Made by a program: the position numbers and the translations under genes
The notes under the pieces: generated by a model
The model's database searches: none
What the model was told of the DNA's origin: nothing
Seen by the model: the letters and a program-made list of their open reading frames with translations, nothing else
Assembly: GCA_045588145.1 (NCBI GenBank)
Contig: JAZNDS010000038.1
Coordinates: 882-64,881, forward strand
From: Eubacteriales bacterium
GTDB taxonomy: Bacteria; Bacillota; Clostridia; Oscillospirales; CAG-272
DNA length: 64,000 bases
Direction: 5' to 3'
Shown here: piece after piece, positions 18,378-26,175 of the stretch
Numbering within the stretch: the first letter of the stretch is position 1
How the letters are laid out: every line of letters starts with the position of its first letter

Positions 18378-21300
18378 TTACGAAAGGCGCTTGACCGACA
18401 GCGTAACGCTTTCGCCGTTCAGGTTCCAGGCCTTTCCGTTTTCATCCTGATAGTTTACCGCGTCGGCAAGCGTGGCCGAGGCGATCTCCGCCTGATTTTT
18501 TTCAAGGATCGCGCGGATCCTTTCGCTGCCGGAGAAGCCGATCTCGATATGGTCGGTCACCTCGAAGCCGCTATCCTTACGCATGGTCTGGATCTTGCTG
18601 ATCAGCTCACGCACGAACCCTTCCTCCAGAAGCGCCTCGGTCAGCTTGGTGTTCAGCACCACGGTAATGCCGCGGTCCCCGACCGATTCAAAGCCCTCGG
18701 CCTTGACCTGCTCGATAAGCAGATCCTCCTCAAGAAGCGCAAGCTCGGTGCCGTCGGGCGCCGTCAGCGTAAGCGCGCCCTTTTCGGTCAGCTCATCCAT
18801 CGCGTCGTTGCCCGAAAGAGAGGCGAGCGCCGTGCGGATAAAGCCAAGGTGCTTACCGAACTTCGGCCCCACGGTACGAAGCTGGGGCTTGAAGGTGTAG
18901 GTCGTGAAGTCGCGCACCGATTCGGTAAAGACGACCTCCTTGATATTCAGCTCCTCCTTGATGATATCGGCAAAGAAGGGCGGAAGAGCGGTTCCCTTGA
19001 CGTACATCTCGGCAAGCGGCTGGCGGTTTTTGACCGAGGCGGCGTTGCGGCAGGCACGCCCCAGGGTAACGACCGACAAAACCGCGTCCATATGCTTCTC
19101 AAGCTCTTCGTCGATAAGCGCTTCATCGACGGCCGGGAAGTCGCACAGGTGTACGCTTTCGGGCGCATCCTTATCAATCCCCGCCACAAGGTTACGGTAC
19201 ATATCCTCGGCCGTGAAGGGGATCATCGGGGCCGCGATCTTGGCCATCGTGACAAGGACGGTATAAAGCGTCATATACGCCGCGACCTTGTCGCCCTCCA
19301 TCCCCTTGGCCCAGAAGCGCTCGCGGCAGCGGCGGACGTACCAGTTGCTGAGGTCGCCGACAAAATCAAGCAGGGCGCGCGCCGTCTCGGGGATCTCGTA
19401 ATCGCCGAGGTGACGGTCGACCGCCGTCACGGTGTTTTGCAGGCGCGAGAGGATCCAGCGGTCCATGACCGTAAGGTTTTCTTTACAAAGGGTGTATTCC
19501 TTCGGGTTAAAGCCGTCAATGTTGGCGTAGAGAGTGAAGAACGCGTAGGTATTCCAAAGCGTGCCGATAAACTTGTTGCGCCCCTCCAAGACCGCGCCCT
19601 CGTGGTATTTGTTGGGGAGCCAGGGCGCGCTGTTCGAATAGAAGTACCAGCGCACGGCGTCGGCCCCGTATTTGGTCAGCTCCTCCATCGGGTCAACGGC
19701 GTTGCCCTTGGATTTGGACATCTTCTGTCCGTCCTTATCGAGCACGTGACCGAGAACGATAACGTTCTTGTAGGGGGCCTTGTTGAAGATAAGCGTTGAG
19801 ATCGCCATCAGGGAATAGAACCAGCCGCGGGTCTGGTCGATGGCCTCGCTGATAAAGTCGGCGGGGAAGTTCTTTTCAAAGATCTCCTTATTCTCAAAGG
19901 GGTAATGCCACTGGGCGAAGGGCATCGCGCCCGAATCGAACCAACAGTCGATGACCTCGGCAACACGCTTCATCTCCTTGCCGCAGTGAGGGCAGGGGAA
20001 GGTCACAGCGTCGATATAGGGGCGGTGAAGCTCGATCTTCTCGGGGCAGTTCAAGGAAAGGCTCTTCAGCTCCGCGATCGAGCCGATGCAATGCTTATGG
20101 CCGCATTCGCATTCCCAGATCGGCAGGGGGGTGCCCCAATAGCGGTTACGCGAGATGCCCCAGTCCTGCACGTTCTTCAGCCAGTCGCCAAAGCGCCCTT
20201 CACCGATATTCGCGGGGATCCAATTGACCGTCTTATTGTTGCGGATCAGATCCTCACGCACGGCGCTCATCTTGATGAACCAGGTGTCGCGGGCGTAATA
20301 GATCAGCGGGGTATCGCAGCGCCAGCAGAAGGGATACTCATGCTCGAATTTCGGGGCCGAGAAAAGAAGATCACGGCTCTCTAGATCCTTTAAGACCTCT
20401 TTATCGGCATCCTTGACGAAAAGACCACCAAAGGGGGTATCCTCGGTCATAAGTCCCTTGGCATCGACCTTCTGCACGAAGGGCAGATCGTATTTTTTGC
20501 CGATGCGGCTGTCGTCCTCCCCGAAGGCGGGGGCGATGTGAACGATACCGGTACCGTCCTCCATCGAAACGTAGCTGTCACAGGTGACGAAATGGGCGTT
20601 CTTCTTCTGCTTCTCGGCGTCGCGCTTCGCGCAGTCGAAAAGCGGGATATAGGCGCGGCCCTCCAAGACCTTCCCCTCAAAGCTTTCAAGGATCTCATAA
20701 GCCGCCTTGCCCTCCTCGGCAAGCGGAGAAAGCACCTTTTCAAGCAGGGGCTTCGCCATATAATAGGTCTTGCCGTCCGCGGCCGCGACACGGCAGTAGG
20801 TATCGGTGGGGTTCACGCAAAGGGCAACGTTCGAGGGCAGCGTCCAGGGCGTGGTCGTCCACGCGAGGAAATAGGCGTCCTCGTCGGCAAGCTTAAAGCG
20901 CACGATGGCCGAGCGCTCCTTGACCGTCTTATACCCCTGGGCGACCTCGTGGCTCGAAAGCGGGGTGCCGCAGCGCGGGCAGTAGGGAACGGTTTTGAAG
21001 CCCTTATACAAAAGATCCTTGTTGAAGATCTCCTTCAGGGCCCACCATTCGGATTCGATATAGTCGTCGTGGTAGGTGACATACGGATCATCCATATCGG
21101 CCCAGAAGCCGACCGTACCCGAAAATTCCTCCCACATGCCCTTATACTTCCAAACGCTTTCCTTGCATTCGTCGATAAAGGGGGCAAGGCCGTATTGCTC
21201 GATCTGCTCCTTGCCGTCAAGCCCCAGCTTCTTTTCGACCTCCAGCTCGACCGGCAGGCCGTGGGTATCCCAGCCCGCCTTACGAAGGATGTGCGCGCCC

Positions 21301-21527
21301 TTCATCGCGCGGTAGCGGGGGATCATATCCTTGATAACGCGCGTCAGGACGTGGCCGATGTGCGGCTTGCCGTTCGCGGTCGGGGGGCCGTCGTAAAAGG
21401 TGTAGTTTTCACCCTTTTTCCCCTCGATGCTTTTCTCAAAGATGCGGTTCTCTTGCCAGAAGCGCAAGACCTCCTTTTCCCGTTCGGGAAAGCTTACGTT
21501 GGTGGGAACCTTATTAAAATGCTGCAT
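18378..21527 (-). CDS. ileS: Isoleucine--tRNA ligase (long, about 1049 aa, type-2-like)
   Basis: HIGH motif (GKPHIGHV) and KMSKS motif (KMSKSKGN). The length fits the long IleRS class. Confidence 0.95.
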   Translation of the reverse strand: MQHFNKVPTNVSFPEREKEVLRFWQENRIFEKSIEGKKGENYTFYDGPPTANGKPHIGHVLTRVIKDMIPRYRAMKGAHILRKAGWDTHGLPVELEVEKKLGLDGKEQIEQYGLAPFIDECKESVWKYKGMWEEFSGTVGFWADMDDPYVTYHDDYIESEWWALKEIFNKDLLYKGFKTVPYCPRCGTPLSSHEVAQGYKTVKERSAIVRFKLADEDAYFLAWTTTPWTLPSNVALCVNPTDTYCRVAAADGKTYYMAKPLLEKVLSPLAEEGKAAYEILESFEGKVLEGRAYIPLFDCAKRDAEKQKKNAHFVTCDSYVSMEDGTGIVHIAPAFGEDDSRIGKKYDLPFVQKVDAKGLMTEDTPFGGLFVKDADKEVLKDLESRDLLFSAPKFEHEYPFCWRCDTPLIYYARDTWFIKMSAVREDLIRNNKTVNWIPANIGEGRFGDWLKNVQDWGISRNRYWGTPLPIWECECGHKHCIGSIAELKSLSLNCPEKIELHRPYIDAVTFPCPHCGKEMKRVAEVIDCWFDSGAMPFAQWHYPFENKEIFEKNFPADFISEAIDQTRGWFYSLMAISTLIFNKAPYKNVIVLGHVLDKDGQKMSKSKGNAVDPMEELTKYGADAVRWYFYSNSAPWLPNKYHEGAVLEGRNKFIGTLWNTYAFFTLYANIDGFNPKEYTLCKENLTVMDRWILSRLQNTVTAVDRHLGDYEIPETARALLDFVGDLSNWYVRRCRERFWAKGMEGDKVAAYMTLYTVLVTMAKIAAPMIPFTAEDMYRNLVAGIDKDAPESVHLCDFPAVDEALIDEELEKHMDAVLSVVTLGRACRNAASVKNRQPLAEMYVKGTALPPFFADIIKEELNIKEVVFTESVRDFTTYTFKPQLRTVGPKFGKHLGFIRTALASLSGNDAMDELTEKGALTLTAPDGTELALLEEDLLIEQVKAEGFESVGDRGITVVLNTKLTEALLEEGFVRELISKIQTMRKDSGFEVTDHIEIGFSGSERIRAILEKNQAEIASATLADAVNYQDENGKAWNLNGESVTLSVKRLS

Positions 21528-21582
21528 AACGCTTCCTCTCTTCCGCGGAGGCTGCCGCGCGGAAAATAATATAATTCATATA

Positions 21583-21612
21583 ATTATATATCATAAAAAG
21601 CCCCCTTGTCAA
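21583..21612 (-). promoter_or_regulatory. Candidate sigma-A promoter for ileS
   Basis: Minus strand reads TTGACA-N18-TATAAT. The leader is short, with a TTCCGCG/CGCGGAA hairpin and no T-box motif seen. Confidence 0.5.
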
Positions 21613-21792
21613 GATGCTTTTGCGCCTTCTTCCCCTCTCCTCTCTTTTCTTCGGTGACAAAAAAGAAGAAAGAGGGAAAAATCCATCTTTATTTCGTTTT
21701 TTTGTTTTCAATTTGTGAAACTTTCCTAAAAAACCTTGCTTTTTTCCCGATTTTTGATACAATAAAATAGATAACACGAAAGGAGTCTGACT

Positions 21793-24700
21793 ATGCGTCA
21801 CACAAAAACCCTTTGCGCGCTTTTCCTGATCGGCGCGATGATGCTTCTGGCCCTCGCTTCCTGCGGCGGTGATCCCGCCGACACGACGACGGTCCCCGGC
21901 ACGCCGCCCGAGGGCGCGCTCATTGATTACATCGATGAATACAAGATCTACTACCCCACCGACATGGAGAGCGACATGTTCGAGGCGGTCAAGGTCTTTG
22001 CCCGCACCGCCAAGGAAAAGACCGGGATCAACTTTATCTTTATGGAGGACCTTTCCTATAAGATTCCCGAGGGTACGCTTGAGATCTTGATCGGCGATAC
22101 CAACCGCCCCGAAAGCGCCAGCGTTCGCGTGGGTCTTAACGATTACGCGATCTATTTTGAGAACGACCGTCTTTGCATCAACGGCGGCAGTCCCGAGGCG
22201 CTTATGACGGCGGTTACGCTGTATTTCGAGCATTACGAAAGGGACGGGGCGCTTTATTACCCGAAGTCGACCCTTCTGTACCGCGCGGACTACCCCTACG
22301 ACAGCCTGACCCTTGACGGGGTGGATATTTCCGAATATTCGATCGTGTACGAAAGCTCGGAAAAGAATATGGCCCTGCTTCTGCGCGAGAAGATCGCCGA
22401 GGCCGTCGGCACTCGTCTGCCGTTGCTTTCGGCGAAGGATACCCCTGTCGACAAGGAGATCGTGGTCGGTATCTTTTCTTCGGGCGTGCGAAAGACGCCC
22501 GACGCGCAGAAGGATCGCTGCCACGTAAGCCGCGTCGGCTCCCGCGTTTTCCTGCACGGGGACGGAGAGGGCGGCACCTACTCGGCCGTTATGACCTTTG
22601 TGGAAGCCCTTGGGGGCAGCGGCACGCAGCTTTCTCTCTCCAGCGGCCAGACCGCTATGCTTTACAAGACCATCAATCAGCCGACCAACACGCCTGAGTT
22701 TGCCGACTTCCGCGGTGAATATTCGCTTGAGATGTCGGCCGAGACGGTCTTCGAGCGCTTTATGATGGCGAAGGAGGAGCTGCCCGACGAGATGACGGTC
22801 TACGACCGTATCAGCATCGACGATTTCCCGCTTTCAAGGTCGCGTGTGCTTTACGTCAGCCCGCAGGGCAACGACAACAACGCCGGCACCAAGGAAGCCC
22901 CGCTTGCCGGCCTTCAGAAGGCGATCGACAAGATCGGCAACCGCGGCGGCGTGATCTATATGATGGGCGGAACCTATTCGCTTTCTAAGACGGTGGAGCT
23001 TACCAAATCGCACGGCGGCTCCGCCACCGCCCCCCTCTTTATCAAGGCATATAACGACGAGGATGTCACCCTGACCTCCAACCTGCTTCTTGAAAACTAC
23101 GAGAGCGGCGCCTGGAGGGAGGTCGATTTTGACGAGGACGAGGTAGCCGCCCGCCTTTCCGACGAGGCAAAGAGCAGCGGTAAGATCTATTCCGCCACCC
23201 TCGAGGACCTCGGTCTTACCCCCGCCGATATGGCCGAGATCTCCCGCTCGACGGGTGAGGCCAACCTCTATGTCGGCGGCGAGAGCTACACGCTGGCCCG
23301 CTTCCCGAACGAGACCGGCAGCTCGCTGGATGAATTCTACTTTACCTATACCTACGATACGGGTACCGTATCCTCCTCGACCAGTGGGCATTTAGCCGAC
23401 TGGCTGGCCCGCTGCGCGGCGGCGGGGATCCCCACCAACACCCAGATCGGCTGGCAGATCCGCGTGATCAACGAAAAGGATAACGGCACGATGAAGAACT
23501 CCCGCGGCGAAACGAACGCCCAGGAGATGGCCGACGAGATCCTTTCCTGGGTCAACACCGGCAACATCTGGATCTACGGCAGCACCTACCAGGGCTGGGA
23601 GACCGGCTACTACAACCTCAGCCTGATGGAGGAGGAGATCGAAAACTTCCACTACGCGCCCGACGGGGAGACCATGCTGCTCGGCGGCTTCCGCGAGGAC
23701 TCGCAGGGAATTCCGACGATCGTTTACGACCGCCACGGGAACGCACAGAACCTGACCGGCTACTATTTCCTCAAGTCCAAGCATCCGAACTCGGCGGGCT
23801 GCGGCCCCTCCTCCAACTCGGCGGCGGGACGCAACACCTTCTATTTCTTCAACGCCATTGAGGCGATCGATATTCCCGGCGAATGGTTCTACGATATTGA
23901 GACCGGGATCATCTACCTCTATGCCACCGACGCGTTTTTGGCAGGCGAGGACGTGACCTATTCGGGCACCAAGAGCTTTACGCTGCTTTCGGCCTCGAAC
24001 CTTGACGGCCTTGTGATCGACGGCATTGACGTGGACGGCAGCGGAAACGCGGGCATGTCCTTCTCCGGCTGCGACGGGGTCATCATCCAGAACGTCAAGA
24101 TGAAGAACACCCGCAGCAACGCCATCTCCATGACGAACAGCGAAAACTTCCGCGTTCTGTATTCCGAATTCTCGCACGTGTACGCCAACCGTATCCTGGA
24201 TCTTGCGACCAACAGCTCCTCGGAGAAGACGGTGCACGATCTGCGTGTCACGAACAACGCCGTACAGAACTGCGTGTTCTACGACCCCGTCTTCGGGTGC
24301 GACACCGCTATCTTCCACGGCGGCAGCCGCATGGTCATCTCGCATAACTATTTCAAGGATACCGTCATCAAGTCGGGTAACTCGGCCGAGGTCGTCATCG
24401 AATACAACACCTTCGAGGGCGGCAGCAAGACCAAGACCGACGGCGGTATGATCTACTTCAGCACACTGACCACGCGCGGCGCGCACGTCCGCTACAACCT
24501 CTGCCACAAATTCAACGCCAGCCACCGCGCGGTTTACTTTGACACCCAGACGAGCGGCTGCTACGCCTACGGCAATATCATCTCGACCCTGGACGGCTTT
24601 ACCGAATCGGCCTACAACGCCTGGTATTCTTCGACCGGGAACGGCAACGTTTGCTACGGCAACATCTTTATGCTCCGCAACCCCTGGCAGCGCAAGCTGG

Positions 24701-25680
24701 CGGGCATGACGGGCGGTGACGAGCCCGGCGCCGAAAGCCAGGCGGGCACCGGCGACACCATTCTCCAATCCGCGCTCTTCTACTACTACTGGTCGGATAC
24801 CGGCTTCTCGCTTACCAACAACGCCCAGCGCTACGGCTACAGCTATAAGGACGTAAAGGCAGCGGGCCTGCTTGATTCCGACGACAGCGCCGCCTTCCGC
24901 GCGGCCAATCTGCCCGCGACCGGCTCCTTCAGGCAGGACGAGGCGGGCGGCTGGTGGCCGGATCACGCGCGCGCCGAGGTCCAGCGCTATCTCAGCACCT
25001 ACTCCGCCGAGGCCTGGGAGCGCCGCTTCCCCGACTATATCAATTCGCTGGAAAGCATGAAGCTGATCCTCGAGGCCTATGACAACACCGACTACCACGT
25101 CCGTTACTTCTATTTCCCCGCCGAGCTTTCGGAGGAGAGCTACACCTTCACGACCCGGGAGGGGGCCCTGTTCACCATCCCGACCTATCAGTATATGGAT
25201 GGCAACACGCTTAAAACCGTGGCCCAATCCACAAGGGAGCCCGAGCTCATCCTTGGCGAGAACGGGGAAGAAAAATGGGTGATCACCCTCACCTTTGAGG
25301 AGATCGCCGCCATCGAGAAAATGGAGCGCGCCCCCTGTAACGCCGTGATCAAGGATAACATCATCCTCGGCGGCACGCCCGCGACTGTCAGCGGCGGCTC
25401 GGCCATCGGAAACGCGGTCAGCGTGATCAATACCATCAAGACCGTTGATAAGGCCGGCTTCTCGACAAGAGACTCCATGCTGTTCGAGGGCAACTTCATG
25501 TACTTCACCTACAGCGATATCATTCCCGACGCTGACCTGCACGATTATACGATCAACGAAAGGACCTGGGATATGATCGAGGAATCGATGGGAGAGGGCT
25601 ATCGCGATATCTTCGCCCTTACCGATCAGTACAAATGCGGCGTCACCTACTCGGGCTTCGACCCATCGAAATACGAATAA
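21793..25680 (+). CDS. Large surface lipoprotein with right-handed parallel beta-helix (pectate-lyase-fold) region, paralog A
   Basis: Lipobox LALASC. VLYVSPQGNDNNAGTKEAPLAGLQKAI entry motif typical of beta-helix carbohydrate-active proteins. About 60% identity by eye over about 1000 aa to 29160..33128. Confidence 0.85.
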   Translation: MRHTKTLCALFLIGAMMLLALASCGGDPADTTTVPGTPPEGALIDYIDEYKIYYPTDMESDMFEAVKVFARTAKEKTGINFIFMEDLSYKIPEGTLEILIGDTNRPESASVRVGLNDYAIYFENDRLCINGGSPEALMTAVTLYFEHYERDGALYYPKSTLLYRADYPYDSLTLDGVDISEYSIVYESSEKNMALLLREKIAEAVGTRLPLLSAKDTPVDKEIVVGIFSSGVRKTPDAQKDRCHVSRVGSRVFLHGDGEGGTYSAVMTFVEALGGSGTQLSLSSGQTAMLYKTINQPTNTPEFADFRGEYSLEMSAETVFERFMMAKEELPDEMTVYDRISIDDFPLSRSRVLYVSPQGNDNNAGTKEAPLAGLQKAIDKIGNRGGVIYMMGGTYSLSKTVELTKSHGGSATAPLFIKAYNDEDVTLTSNLLLENYESGAWREVDFDEDEVAARLSDEAKSSGKIYSATLEDLGLTPADMAEISRSTGEANLYVGGESYTLARFPNETGSSLDEFYFTYTYDTGTVSSSTSGHLADWLARCAAAGIPTNTQIGWQIRVINEKDNGTMKNSRGETNAQEMADEILSWVNTGNIWIYGSTYQGWETGYYNLSLMEEEIENFHYAPDGETMLLGGFREDSQGIPTIVYDRHGNAQNLTGYYFLKSKHPNSAGCGPSSNSAAGRNTFYFFNAIEAIDIPGEWFYDIETGIIYLYATDAFLAGEDVTYSGTKSFTLLSASNLDGLVIDGIDVDGSGNAGMSFSGCDGVIIQNVKMKNTRSNAISMTNSENFRVLYSEFSHVYANRILDLATNSSSEKTVHDLRVTNNAVQNCVFYDPVFGCDTAIFHGGSRMVISHNYFKDTVIKSGNSAEVVIEYNTFEGGSKTKTDGGMIYFSTLTTRGAHVRYNLCHKFNASHRAVYFDTQTSGCYAYGNIISTLDGFTESAYNAWYSSTGNGNVCYGNIFMLRNPWQRKLAGMTGGDEPGAESQAGTGDTILQSALFYYYWSDTGFSLTNNAQRYGYSYKDVKAAGLLDSDDSAAFRAANLPATGSFRQDEAGGWWPDHARAEVQRYLSTYSAEAWERRFPDYINSLESMKLILEAYDNTDYHVRYFYFPAELSEESYTFTTREGALFTIPTYQYMDGNTLKTVAQSTREPELILGENGEEKWVITLTFEEIAAIEKMERAPCNAVIKDNIILGGTPATVSGGSAIGNAVSVINTIKTVDKAGFSTRDSMLFEGNFMYFTYSDIIPDADLHDYTINERTWDMIEESMGEGYRDIFALTDQYKCGVTYSGFDPSKYE

Positions 25681-25694
25681 GTAAACCCTACATA

Positions 25695-25758
25695 AAAAGC
25701 CCCGAGGCATTAGCGTGATACTCTTAACGGAGTATCACGCTAATGCCTCGCGGCTTTT
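25695..25758. terminator. Very long bidirectional hairpin terminator
   Basis: 21-bp perfect stem (25703-25723 pairs with 25730-25750) plus 3 outer pairs and a 6-nt loop. AAAAA lies upstream and TTTTT downstream. Confidence 0.75.
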
Positions 25759-25773
25759 TATAGGAGCGCATAA

Positions 25774-26010
25774 CGTAGGCGGCCATCGGTCGCCCGTTTT
25801 TTACACGGCGTTGCCGTGATGATATACCAAGGCAAGGCCTTGGATAAAAACCGCCTTTGTGCAAAGGCGGTTTTTGTAGGGTTAGTGCAGAAAAAACGGC
25901 AAAGGCGTTTTTTCAATCGGTGTCGGCCAAAGCGCGAGCGGGCAGAGCCGAGCAGGCGCAGGCGATAGAACGCGACACACGACGCCGACAGATCGACCAT
26001 CGCTCGTCCG
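25774..26010 (-). repeat. Composite REP-like intergenic element, copy 2 (inverted partner of 9791..10024)
   Basis: Its reverse complement aligns almost base-for-base with 9791..10024. Confidence 0.85.
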
Positions 26011-26117
26011 CGCAAAACGATCCCCCACCCGCCGTTGGCGGGACCCCCTTTACACAAAGGGGCCTTCCGCGAGAGAAAGAGAAGAGCGAAGAAAGAAAAA
26101 CAAACGAAGCGCTTATG

Positions 26118-26151
26118 AAAAAGCAAAACAGCCGCCCGAATGGGCGACTGT
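26118..26151 (-). terminator. Terminator of the 919-aa gene
   Basis: Minus strand reads ACAGTCGCCC-attc-GGGCGGCTGT followed by a T-rich run. Confidence 0.65.
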
Positions 26152-26175
26152 TCTGTAAAGAAAACTTTTCTTTTC

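Noticed and set aside
21528-21792. T-box riboswitch expected upstream of ileS, and likewise upstream of alaS at 59953..60119.
   Set aside because: The leaders between the best promoter and the start codon are only about 50 nt. Neither contains the conserved T-box sequence (..GGTGGTACCGCG..) or a terminator/antiterminator pair.
18303-22557. ORFs 18303..19799(+), 20538..21569(+) and 21514..22557(-).
   Set aside because: They are antisense to ileS or to the 5' part of lipoprotein A. They have no motifs and show shadow-frame composition.
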